From positions 229,301 through 293,300 of the forward strand of contig JBBTCT010000022.1 in the NCBI GenBank assembly GCA_038060895.1: a stretch of DNA of 64,000 nt. Reading direction: 5' to 3'. The notes beneath the pieces are model-generated. The model was not told where the DNA came from and searched no databases. It saw only the letters and a program-made list of their open reading frames with translations. Position numbers and translations under genes: made by a program. The DNA comes from Planctomycetota bacterium (GTDB lineage: Bacteria > Planctomycetota > MHYJ01 > WSZJ01). Below are positions 35,678-44,541 of the stretch, piece after piece. Numbering within the stretch: position 1 is the stretch's first letter; every line of letters begins with the position of its first letter.

Positions 35678-37527
35678 CTCGCGCTGCCGCTCCCGGAGTT
35701 CTCCTCCTGCTGGCCACCTTCGCCTCCGCCCAGACGACGACGGTCCGCGACGCGGACGGGTTCCGGCAGGCGGTGAGGACGGCGAAGCCGGGCGCGAAGA
35801 TCCTCCTTGCGGCAGGGGAGTACGGCGGAGGTTTTTATTTCGAGAACGTGAAGGGCGAATCCGGGAAGCCTGTGACCATCGCCGCCGCGGACCCCGCGCA
35901 CCCGCCCGAGTTCACCGGCGGCGCTTCCGCGATGCACTTCACGGACGCCTGCCACCTCGAGCTGCGCGACGTCACGGTGAAAGGCTCAACCGCCAACGGC
36001 CTCAACTTCGACGACGGCGGCACGTTCGACACGACGTCGCACCACCTAGTCCTCCGCGGGATCAGGGTCACCGACGTCGGCGCGAGAGGCAACGAGGACG
36101 GACTGAAGATGTCGGGCATCCAGGATTTCCGCGTCGAAGACTGCTCGTTCGAGCGCTGGGGCGCGAACGGATCGGGGATCGACATGGTCGGGTGCGTGCG
36201 GGGCGTGATCGAAAATTGCCGCTTCAGCCACCCGGGAGGCTCCAACGGCGTGCAGATGAAGGGGGCCAGCGCCTCCGTATCGGTCCGCAGGTGCCGCTTC
36301 GAGGACGCCGGCTCGCGCGCGATCAACATCGGCGGCAGCACCGGCCTCCCGTTCTTCCGGCCGCCGCTCAAGGAGCCGCCGTTTGCGGAAGCGCGGGACA
36401 TCACGGTCGAAGGAAACACGTTCACGGGGTCGGACTGCCCGGTGGCGTTCGTCGGCGTGGACGGCGCCGTGGTCCGCTACAACACGATCTACCGCCCGCG
36501 GCGCTGGGCGATGCGCATCCTGCAGGAGACGACGGCGGACGGATTCGTGCCGTGCCGCAACGGCGAGTTCAGCCGGAACATCGTAGTTTTCCGGAGCGAC
36601 GCGTGGTCGGAGGGCGGGGTCAATGCAGGCTCCGGGACGGAGCCGTCGAGCTTCAAGTTCGAGGGAAACGCCTGGTTCTGCCTCGACGCCCCGGCGCGGT
36701 CGAAACCCAAACTGCCGGCGGAAGAGATCAAGGGGTTGTACGGGACCGACCCGATGTTCGAGGATCCTGAGAAGGGTGACTTGCGCGTGAGGGCGGCGAG
36801 CCCCATCCGCGACGCGGGGGCTGAGGCGCTTCAGGACTCGCCGGTCGTCTGGCTCGACGATGCGAAAACGGTGAAGATGGAATTCCGCCGCATCAAGGCC
36901 GGGAAGTTCACGATGGGTGCGAAGGAAGGCGCGGACGAAAAGCGGCTGCCGCATTCGGTGACGCTGACGCGGGATTTCCTGATGCAGACCACAGAGGTGA
37001 CGCAGGCGCAGTTCGAGGCGCTGATGGGGTCGAATCCGTCGAAATCGAAAGGCAAGGACCTGCCCGTGGAGCACGTGACGTGGGATGAGTGCCAGGAATT
37101 CGTCGAGAAGCTGAACGTACGCCTCGCAGGATGGGTCGCAAGCCTTCCGACCGAGGCGGAGTGGGAATACGCCTGTGGCGCGGGGTCTGCCGGGAGATGG
37201 GGCAGCGGGAACGACGCGAAACAGCTCCTCGATTACGCCTGGCTCGAGCCGAACTCGGGCGGCAAGACGCACCCGGTCGCGCAGAAGAAGCCGAACGCCT
37301 GGGGACTCCACGACATGCACGGCAACGCGTGGGAGTGGTGCGCCGACTGGTACGGCCCCTTCCGCGGCGACGAAATCGACCCCAAAGGCCCCGAAACCGG
37401 CGTCGCACGCTGCCTGCGCGGCGGGAGCTGGACCAGCCTCGCTACCCACGCGCGGTCGGCCCACAGCCTGTGGTGCGCGCCGGACTACCGAATGGAAGAA
37501 GCGGGGTTCCGGGTGCTCCTCAAATAG
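35674..37527 (+). CDS. secreted right-handed beta-helix (pectate-lyase-like) protein with C-terminal FGE-sulfatase domain
   Basis: Signal peptide; ATGA start/stop overlap with PPK2; C-terminal GNAWEWCADWY ... RGGSW FGE motifs. Confidence 0.75.
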   Translation: MTRAAAPGVLLLLATFASAQTTTVRDADGFRQAVRTAKPGAKILLAAGEYGGGFYFENVKGESGKPVTIAAADPAHPPEFTGGASAMHFTDACHLELRDVTVKGSTANGLNFDDGGTFDTTSHHLVLRGIRVTDVGARGNEDGLKMSGIQDFRVEDCSFERWGANGSGIDMVGCVRGVIENCRFSHPGGSNGVQMKGASASVSVRRCRFEDAGSRAINIGGSTGLPFFRPPLKEPPFAEARDITVEGNTFTGSDCPVAFVGVDGAVVRYNTIYRPRRWAMRILQETTADGFVPCRNGEFSRNIVVFRSDAWSEGGVNAGSGTEPSSFKFEGNAWFCLDAPARSKPKLPAEEIKGLYGTDPMFEDPEKGDLRVRAASPIRDAGAEALQDSPVVWLDDAKTVKMEFRRIKAGKFTMGAKEGADEKRLPHSVTLTRDFLMQTTEVTQAQFEALMGSNPSKSKGKDLPVEHVTWDECQEFVEKLNVRLAGWVASLPTEAEWEYACGAGSAGRWGSGNDAKQLLDYAWLEPNSGGKTHPVAQKKPNAWGLHDMHGNAWEWCADWYGPFRGDEIDPKGPETGVARCLRGGSWTSLATHARSAHSLWCAPDYRMEEAGFRVLLK

Positions 37528-37826
37528 ACATCATTTCTCCGGTGACCACTCCACCGGCGTTTTCACCGCTTCCTTGATCGCGTCCCACTCCTTCGGCGTC
37601 ATGTTCATGCGCTCGGCGCGGCTTGTCGTTTCGCGAATTTGGCAAAGCCGTCCGCCGGCATGATCGAGTTAGACGGAGTGCATCCCGATGAAGAGATCCT
37701 CGCCCAGGCCGCGCTCGCCGGCGAAGGCAAGGGTGCGTGCCTTGAAGGCGCGCTCAAGTTCCTTGGCGGAAAATGAACCGGGCATGACGTCCCGCAGCGA
37801 ATGAGCCGTGCTACGATCCGCCCGCG

Positions 37827-38663
37827 ATGACCATGCTGCGCGTCATGACGTACAACATCCTCGAGGGCGCGAACGACCGCCTCGACGTGGTCGCCTCGGT
37901 CGTGCGCGCGGCGGACCCGGACGTGCTCGGCGTCACCGAGGCGAACGGGTTCGAGGACCCGAAGCGGCTGAAGGAAGTCGAGAAGGCGTTCGGGATGAAG
38001 GGTGTCGTGGGGCATGCGAAGAGCGGTTTCCACGTCGCAATTTTCACGAAGCCGGCGTGGACCGTCGAGGCCAGCGGGTCCGAGTTCTACCCGTTTTTTC
38101 ACGCGGCGCTCTGGGCGAAGCTGCGGTTCGACAAGGACCGCCACTTCACCGCCGTCGTCGCCCACCTCAATCCGTTCAGCCCGGATGAGCGCCTCGCGGA
38201 AGTCCGGGCCCTGTGCCGTCACGCGGCGCCCAAGGAGCGCGCCGTCCTGATGGGAGACTTCAACTGCATGGCTCCCGGAGACGAGATCGACCAGAGCGTC
38301 CTCGAACTCCCGCGCAACATCCTGGCGCGCTTCATCAAGGAGGCCGGCGACCCCGTCGAGTTCGACCGCCGCGAGATCGCGCTCGCCGAGTGGGCGGGGT
38401 TCGTGGACGTTTACCGGAAAATGGTCCCGAAGAAACCGGGGTGGACGCTCATGACGACGCGGTTCGGCGCGGCGCTCCGGTCGCGAATGCGCATCGACTA
38501 CATGCTGGCGACTCCGGGGATGTCGAAGCGCGCGACTTCGTCGGAGGTCATCGAGACGAACGAGTCGCGGCGCGCGAGCGACCACTACCCGCTGATGGCG
38601 ACGTTCGACATGCGCGGGATGGGGACGGGGAAGTCGGAAAAGTGGATACCGCTTGAAAAGTAG
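37827..38663 (+). CDS. endonuclease/exonuclease/phosphatase (EEP) family protein
   Basis: MTYNIL, GDFN, SDHYPL motifs. Confidence 0.8.
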   Translation: MTMLRVMTYNILEGANDRLDVVASVVRAADPDVLGVTEANGFEDPKRLKEVEKAFGMKGVVGHAKSGFHVAIFTKPAWTVEASGSEFYPFFHAALWAKLRFDKDRHFTAVVAHLNPFSPDERLAEVRALCRHAAPKERAVLMGDFNCMAPGDEIDQSVLELPRNILARFIKEAGDPVEFDRREIALAEWAGFVDVYRKMVPKKPGWTLMTTRFGAALRSRMRIDYMLATPGMSKRATSSEVIETNESRRASDHYPLMATFDMRGMGTGKSEKWIPLEK

Positions 38664-38696
38664 AGGCTTGCCATCCTGGAGGAAAGGCGGTAGCCC

Positions 38697-40808
38697 ATGA
38701 GACTTCATGGAACATTCACGGCGCTCGCGCTCATCGCCTTCGTCGCCGGCTGCGGGGGAAGCGCCGACCATGCCGACCCGGGGGAAACGGACTTGAGCGC
38801 GGACCCGCATCTCTGGCTTGAAGACGTCTACGGCGAGAAAGCGCTCGATTGGGTGCGCGCGCAGAACGCCGTGAGCCAGAAGGAGCTCGAGGCGCTGCCG
38901 GAATTCGAGCCGACGCGGAAGCGGCTTCTGGCGATCTACGATTCGCGGGAGCGGATTCCGCACGTGGGGAAGCGGGGGAAGTGGTTCTACAACTTCTGGC
39001 GCGATGCGAAGAACGTGCGCGGCGTGTGGCGGCGGACGACGCTGGACGAGTACCGCAAGGCGGCGCCGGCGTGGGAGACGGTGATCGACGTCGACCAGCT
39101 CGCGGCCGCGGAGAACGAGAATTGGGTCTGGCAGGGGACGCACTTCCTCGAGCCGGGTTGGGAGCGCTGCATGGTCCAGCTCTCGCGCGGCGGGCTGGAC
39201 GCGAGCGTGTGGCGCGAGTTTGACGTCGTGAAGAAGGAATTCGTGGCTGGCGGGTTCGCGGTGCCGGAGGCGAAGAGCTGGGTCGCGTGGCGCGACATCG
39301 ACACGATCTACGTCGGGACCGATTTCGGCCCGGGGTCAATGACGACATCCGGGTACACGCGCATCGGCAAGGAGTGGAAGCGCGGGACGCCGCTGGCGGA
39401 GGCGCGGACGGTCTTTGAGGGGACGGTGGACGACGTCAACGCGGACATCACGGTCATCCACGATCACGGCCGCACGTACGAGCTGGCGTCGCGCTCGCCG
39501 ACGTTTTTCACGGACGAGATGTTCGTGCGCCGGGGGGACGAGTTCGTGCGCATCGAGAAGCCGGCTGACACCCGACTCCGCTTCTTCGGCGACGCGGCGC
39601 TGTTCGAGCCGCGCACGGACTGGACCGTCGGCGGGAAGACGTGGCCCGCCGGCACGCTCCTTTCGACGGACTTCGACTCCTGGATGAGGGGCGAACGCAA
39701 CCTCGTCCCCGTCTTCGAGCCCACGGCGCGCGCTTCGCTGAGCAGCATCCATTCGACGAAGAGCTGCCTGATCCTGAACATCCTCGAGAATGTCCGCAGC
39801 CGCCCCGTTCTTCTGCACCTTGAAAAGGGAGCCTGGAAACGCACGCCCCTCGAGGTGCCGGAGATCGGCGTCGTGGGCGCGCACGGCGTTGACCCGGACG
39901 AGAACGACGACTACTTCCTGGACGTGACCAGCTTCCTCACGCCGTCCAGCCTGTGGATGGGGACCGTCGGGAAACCGGGGCGCGAAAAGTTGAAGAGTCT
40001 CCCGGAGTATTTCGAGGCCGACGGTCTCGAGATCCAGCAGTTCGAGGTCAAGTCGAAGGACGGCACGCGCGTCCCGTACTTCCAGGTCAGCCGCAAGGGC
40101 CTCGCGCTCGACGGCTCGAATCCCACCCTTCTCTACGGCTACGGCGGCTTCGAAATCTCCATGCTCCCTTCCTACAACTCCGGCCTCGGAGCCTCCTGGC
40201 TCGAGCGCGGCGGCGTCTACGTCCTTTCCAACATCCGCGGCGGCGGCGAGTTCGGCCCCGCGTGGCACAACGCCGTGCGAAAGGAGAACCGGCAGCTCGC
40301 CTACGACGACTTCATCGCGATCGCCGAGGACCTCATCGCGCGCAAGGTCTCATCCCCGCGCCACCTCGGCATCTCAGGCCGCTCGAACGGCGGCCTCCTC
40401 ATGGGCGCCATTCTCACCCAGCGCCCGGAACTCTTCCGCGCCGTCGTCTGCGGGAATCCGCTTCTCGACATGAAGCGTTACCACAAGCTGCTGGCCGGCG
40501 CGAGCTGGATGGACGAGTACGGCGACCCCGACAAGCCGGAGGAGTGGGCGTACATTTCGAAGTTCTCGCCGTACCAGAACCTGCGCAAGGAGCGGACGTA
40601 CCCGCGCGTGCTGTTCACGACGTCGACGAGGGACGACCGCGTCCACCCCGGCCACGCGAGGAAGATGTTCGCGCGCATGCAGGAGCAGGGCCATGACGCC
40701 CTCTACTACGAGAACATCGAGGGAGGGCACGGGTCGGCGGCGAACAACAAGCAGTCGGCCTTCATGGAAGCGCTGGCGTATGCGTTCCTGTGGAAGGAGC
40801 TGAAGTGA
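38697..40808 (+). CDS. prolyl oligopeptidase (S9A) family lipoprotein
   Basis: Lipobox VAGC; catalytic GRSNGG, DDRV, GGHG motifs. Confidence 0.85.
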   Translation: MRLHGTFTALALIAFVAGCGGSADHADPGETDLSADPHLWLEDVYGEKALDWVRAQNAVSQKELEALPEFEPTRKRLLAIYDSRERIPHVGKRGKWFYNFWRDAKNVRGVWRRTTLDEYRKAAPAWETVIDVDQLAAAENENWVWQGTHFLEPGWERCMVQLSRGGLDASVWREFDVVKKEFVAGGFAVPEAKSWVAWRDIDTIYVGTDFGPGSMTTSGYTRIGKEWKRGTPLAEARTVFEGTVDDVNADITVIHDHGRTYELASRSPTFFTDEMFVRRGDEFVRIEKPADTRLRFFGDAALFEPRTDWTVGGKTWPAGTLLSTDFDSWMRGERNLVPVFEPTARASLSSIHSTKSCLILNILENVRSRPVLLHLEKGAWKRTPLEVPEIGVVGAHGVDPDENDDYFLDVTSFLTPSSLWMGTVGKPGREKLKSLPEYFEADGLEIQQFEVKSKDGTRVPYFQVSRKGLALDGSNPTLLYGYGGFEISMLPSYNSGLGASWLERGGVYVLSNIRGGGEFGPAWHNAVRKENRQLAYDDFIAIAEDLIARKVSSPRHLGISGRSNGGLLMGAILTQRPELFRAVVCGNPLLDMKRYHKLLAGASWMDEYGDPDKPEEWAYISKFSPYQNLRKERTYPRVLFTTSTRDDRVHPGHARKMFARMQEQGHDALYYENIEGGHGSAANNKQSAFMEALAYAFLWKELK

Positions 40809-40827
40809 ATCGAGGCTGGTTGCAGCA

Positions 40828-41961
40828 GTGAGCACGAAGCCACAATTTCCATGTCCGTGTTGTGGATACGTCGTGTTTTTCGAGCGTCCGGGTAACTACG
40901 AAATTTGCCCGATCTGTTTCTGGGAAGACGACCTCGTTCAACTTCGTGACCCGCGGTTTCCAGGGGGCGCCAACAAATCCAGCCTGGTGGATGCGCAGCA
41001 GAACTGCATTTTGGAAGGTGCCATGGAATCCCGATTCAAGGGGAATGTCCGCAAGCCGCGACCTACCGACGAACAGGATCCGCATTGGCGGCCGGTCAAC
41101 CTCGAGAAGGACAACCTGGAGCAGTGCCTGCCTGAAGGGGTCTTCCCTGCCCGAGCTTCCGATTCGCCGGCGCGAGATTTCAGGTGTTCGACTGCCCCCG
41201 CCGCGGCATCATGCCTGCAACCTCTCAGCCGGAGAATTGCCATGCGCGTTTGCCTCGTTCTCGCCTTCGTCGGCATCGCCGCTTCCCTCGCTGCCGCCCA
41301 GGACTCGAAGCCCGACGTCTCCGAAAACGCCTGGCTCGACTACGACGTCGCTTCGCTCAAGAACGGCGAGTGGGTGAAACTGAAACTCGACCGCGACGGG
41401 GAGAAGCCTCTGGAGTACCGGCTGTCGTGCGTGGGGCTGGAAGCGGAGGTGGTCTGGATCGAGGAGGACCGGACGACGGTGGAGTCGTTCCCGGGGACGG
41501 TGATCCTGTGCTCGGTGGGGTTGAAGGACCGGAAGGTGAAGCGCGCGTTCTGGGGGAAGCCGGGTGAGAAGGGCCGGGAGCTGAACCTGACGCGGCGGAT
41601 TTTGCCGGATCCGGGCAACGACGCGGCGAAGGGGACTGCGGAAGTGACCGCGGGCAAGGTGACGATCAAGGGAAAGGAGCACGTCACCGAGAAAATCGAA
41701 ATCAAGGTGGAGATCGAGGGGTTCGGCGCGCCGATCAAGACGAAGCAGGTGATCGTCCTTGCAGCCGAGATCCCATTCCCGCTGGCGATGGACGAGAAGG
41801 GCAACTGCCGCGCGAGCATTTCGGAGGGGAAGATCGAATGGAAGGGGAAGCCGACGTGGAAGGGCGGGGTGGTGACGCTTCAATTTGAGGGCGGAACGAA
41901 GTCGACGCTGTCGCTTGTGGACTGGGGGGCGGACGCGAAGGCGACGTTGTTCAAGCCCTAG
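40828..41961 (+). CDS. CPCC-family Cys-rich domain fused in-frame to a secreted domain (read-through; see also internal start)
   Basis: N-term CPCCGYVVFFERPGNYEICPICFWEDD (CPCC family, normally an ~80-100-aa protein); no stop before an internal signal peptide. Confidence 0.45.
   Translation: MSTKPQFPCPCCGYVVFFERPGNYEICPICFWEDDLVQLRDPRFPGGANKSSLVDAQQNCILEGAMESRFKGNVRKPRPTDEQDPHWRPVNLEKDNLEQCLPEGVFPARASDSPARDFRCSTAPAAASCLQPLSRRIAMRVCLVLAFVGIAASLAAAQDSKPDVSENAWLDYDVASLKNGEWVKLKLDRDGEKPLEYRLSCVGLEAEVVWIEEDRTTVESFPGTVILCSVGLKDRKVKRAFWGKPGEKGRELNLTRRILPDPGNDAAKGTAEVTAGKVTIKGKEHVTEKIEIKVEIEGFGAPIKTKQVIVLAAEIPFPLAMDEKGNCRASISEGKIEWKGKPTWKGGVVTLQFEGGTKSTLSLVDWGADAKATLFKP
41241..41961 (+). CDS. secreted hypothetical protein (alternative internal start within CPCC ORF)
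   Basis: RBS GGAGAA 6 nt before ATG; signal peptide MRVCLVLAFVGIAASLAAAQ. Confidence 0.45.
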
Positions 41962-42785
41962 CGCCCGAGCCTCTCGGAAGCATCCCACTCTTCTTCATTT
42001 TCCAGACCTGTCCTGTAGTCCGGATTCTCGACGAAGTGGCCGAGGTCCTGGTCCCAGAAGAACACCTTCCGGCAGGGGAACTCGGAAACCGGATCCCGGC
42101 GGATGATGCCTTCCTCACCTTCAATTGTGTCACCGTCGTCTTCTCCCTTGTCGACGACGGTTCCCGTGAGATCGAGGTCGTCGTACCCGTCGAGGTCGAT
42201 GTCGCGATAGCAGGGAGACAGCAGGCCCCCCTTGTAGGTGTACCGGTCGTCATGGTCGTCCACGGCGCGCGTCTCGAGGAGCAGCACCAGCTTCCGGCCG
42301 CGCAACTCGTACAGGTACAAGCCTCCGTTGCCCATGTGCGTCTGGCCGAAAACCTCGAACACCGGATTGGGGATTCCGTGCAGCGCCAGGGCCCGCATCT
42401 CCCGGACCGATTGCTCCCCGGGCTGGTTTTCGCACTCCGCCTGCCAGACAATGGCATCCTCCTCAACCCCGTACACCGTCATGAATCCCCACCACTGGCC
42501 TTCGTAGTCGCAAATGGCGCCGAGCAGATCGGGGTGCCCGGCGACCGGGACTGAAGTGATCGCGCGGAGTTCGGCCGACTCGTGTTTCAGGTTCCATGCG
42601 GCGATCGCGGCGTTGAAGCGGCCTGAATCGTCTCCCTCAGGGTCCTCCAGGCGGGGAGAGATTCCGGCCTCATCGGCGGATTTGCGCGACGAGAGCCGCC
42701 GGCATCCGGCGAGCAGAAGAGCGATCGCGACTGAGATCGTAAGGACTCTGATGGGGCACCTCGGGCTGTGAGCGACGCGCGGCAC
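41958..42785 (-). CDS. acidic lipoprotein, hypothetical
   Basis: Lipobox LLAGC. Confidence 0.55.
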   Translation of the reverse strand: MPRVAHSPRCPIRVLTISVAIALLLAGCRRLSSRKSADEAGISPRLEDPEGDDSGRFNAAIAAWNLKHESAELRAITSVPVAGHPDLLGAICDYEGQWWGFMTVYGVEEDAIVWQAECENQPGEQSVREMRALALHGIPNPVFEVFGQTHMGNGGLYLYELRGRKLVLLLETRAVDDHDDRYTYKGGLLSPCYRDIDLDGYDDLDLTGTVVDKGEDDGDTIEGEEGIIRRDPVSEFPCRKVFFWDQDLGHFVENPDYRTGLENEEEWDASERLGR

Positions 42786-42817
42786 TGCTATCGGCGCGCC
42801 GCCGACCCGGGCCGCAC

Positions 42818-43285
42818 TTACTCTTTACCGCCGCAGCACTTCTTGTACTTCTTGCCGCTCCCGCAAGGGCACGGATCGTTGCGGCCGAGAGGCGCGCCCG
42901 CATTCTTGAAAGGCGTTCCCTCGGGTTTCGCCTGCTTTTCGAACGCCGCGGTGAGCGCGCCGGCGTAGGTGGCGAGCTGGCGGCCGCCGTAGAGGCGACC
43001 CTCGGATTCCAGGAATTCGAGGAAGGCGCCGACGAGGTGGGGGACGGAGGCGCGCGCTTCGGGTGGAAGGGCAAGCCGGGCGAGGCCGGTGAGGAGGCCG
43101 TTTCTGACGGAGAGTTCGTCGAGATCGCCGGGAGAAACGGAGGCGCACGCCGTTTCCATGAAGGCCATGAGGAGCGGGGCGGCGTCCAGATCGGGGCGTG
43201 CGCGGAAGGGGCGGAAGGGAGTGGACTCGAGGAAGTCAGCGATCCAGGCTTCGACGCTGTCGCGTTCGAACGTTTCCATGGGCAA
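42818..43285 (-). CDS. SEC-C metal-binding motif protein
   Basis: C-terminal [17 protein letters not shown]. Confidence 0.7.
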   Translation of the reverse strand: MPMETFERDSVEAWIADFLESTPFRPFRARPDLDAAPLLMAFMETACASVSPGDLDELSVRNGLLTGLARLALPPEARASVPHLVGAFLEFLESEGRLYGGRQLATYAGALTAAFEKQAKPEGTPFKNAGAPLGRNDPCPCGSGKKYKKCCGGKE

Positions 43286-43573
43286 AGCATCGTACGCGCG
43301 GGGCTGCTGTCGCGCGAGTGGCAGGGGGAATAGTCGCCGGAACGCTCAGCCGAGATCGTATAAAATAAGTACTCTGCGCTGCTTAATGATATGCGTGGCT
43401 GGAGTCTGACGCACAGCGAATTTCAACGGGATTATGCACTTGACAAACTTAAAATCCATGAACGAAACTCGTACAGGCATCATGGTTTGCGTCGATTATG
43501 GCCCCGCGATTAAACGAATAAGAAAATCGCCAGAGTCCCGTTTCAGGACGCGATTTTGGCCCGCGACGAGGAT

Positions 43574-43702
43574 TCAGGACTTACGGCGAGGTTTCCCGGC
43601 CTTCTTAGCCCGCTTCAGGGGGGGTGTAGCGAGGGCCTTCCGGATCATGGCGTCGAAGTCCACGCGGGTCACTTCTCGGTGGCTCTCTGGCTTGGGTTTC
43701 AT
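43574..43702 (-). CDS. small basic ORF (42 aa) inside the element
   Basis: RBS AAGGAG 8 nt upstream of ATG; Lys/Arg-rich tail. Confidence 0.25.
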   Translation of the reverse strand: MKPKPESHREVTRVDFDAMIRKALATPPLKRAKKAGKPRRKS

Positions 43703-43748
43703 CTATCTATCTCCTTGGGGGTTATCAGGCTGATTCCCCTAGAAAGTA

Positions 43749-43777
43749 TTTGACAGCGTCTGCGGCGCAGCTTAGGA
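43749..43777 (+). promoter_or_regulatory. sigma-70-like promoter TTGACA-N17-TAGGAT
   Basis: tttgacagcgtctgcggcgcagcttaggat; downstream ATG at 43786 would be nearly leaderless. Confidence 0.4.
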
Positions 43778-43785
43778 TTTCCCAG

Positions 43786-44175
43786 ATGCGAAGGAACAAC
43801 AAGATCGTGAGCCTTGGAGAGGAAATCGCGGCGAAGCGCCGGGAGCTGGCGGCGCTTGAGGCCGAACTTGACATCGAAGTCAGGCGGTATAGCGGTGGTC
43901 ATGCGAAGGCTCCACAAGCGGTGGTGACACCGCCTAGACCTGCGGACCCTGAAGAGGTCCTTCTGAGTGATGCCATCATCGCTGGCAAGGTGGTGCCTCT
44001 CTTGGACAGGGAGCCGGATCGGGTGTTCACCGTGGATGATATCACAAGATTGACCGGAGTGCCGCGCCACCTTCTGGTGATGTCTATCGGGCGCATGGTG
44101 CGCTGGCACAAGGTCCACAAAGTGGAAGCTGGCAAGTACAAGGCATCCACGGTTAAGAAAGCGATGGAGGGATAA
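43786..44175 (+). CDS. hypothetical protein with coiled-coil N-terminus and winged-helix-like C-terminus (element passenger/regulator)
   Basis: Alternative start at 43750; followed by hairpin ccctcgg-N7-ccgaggg. Confidence 0.45.
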   Translation: MRRNNKIVSLGEEIAAKRRELAALEAELDIEVRRYSGGHAKAPQAVVTPPRPADPEEVLLSDAIIAGKVVPLLDREPDRVFTVDDITRLTGVPRHLLVMSIGRMVRWHKVHKVEAGKYKASTVKKAMEG

Positions 44176-44215
44176 AGAAAAACCCTCGGTCGTTGGCCGA
44201 GGGTGTACGTCGGTT

Positions 44216-44307
44216 GGAGAGGTGTCCGAGTGGCTTATGGTGCTGGTTTCCAAAACCAGTGAACGGTGGTGACACACCGTCCGAGGGTTCGACTCCCTCC
44301 CTCTCCG
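44216..44307 (+). tRNA. class-II tRNA, Ser-like body (acceptor GGAGAGG, G73) with anticodon CCA (reads UGG)
   Basis: Hand-folded: acceptor GGAGAGG/CCTCTCC, anticodon stem CTGGT/ACCAG, loop TTCCAAA, 23-nt variable arm with 6-bp stem ACGGTG/CACCGT, T-arm GAGGG-TTCGACT-CCCTC. Confidence 0.6.
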
Positions 44308-44325
44308 TTTTGCTGTTCTGAGGCT

Positions 44326-44420
44326 GGCCGGGTGGCGGAACTGGTTTACGCGCCCGACTTGGAATCGGGTGGTTGTCTCTTGACGGGGGCACCATGCGGG
44401 TTCGAATCCCGTCCCGGTCA
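44326..44420 (+). tRNA. class-II tRNA, Leu-like body (D-arm GGCGGAACTGGTTTACGCG, A73) with anticodon UGG (reads CCN)
   Basis: Acceptor GGCCGGG/CCCGGTC, anticodon stem CCCGA/TCGGG, loop CTTGGAA, long variable arm, T-arm GCGGG-TTCGAAT-CCCGT. Confidence 0.55.
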
Positions 44421-44541
44421 GTCTCATTTTTGAAAGATCGAAGCGCCTTTGCGAAGTGCTTGAGGCTGGCGCGTGTCAAAAGAATACAACAAGACTGGGT
44501 GCGTGTCAACTTGCGAAATTGACGCACCGCGCCAACTCTGA

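Noticed and set aside
37605-39143. 512-aa minus ORF
   Set aside because: Antisense to the EEP nuclease and prolyl oligopeptidase genes.
43434-43733. 99-aa plus ORF inside the mobile element
   Set aside because: Overlaps and is antisense to the RBS-led 42-aa minus ORF; composition not coding-like. Left unresolved; I did not list it as a feature.
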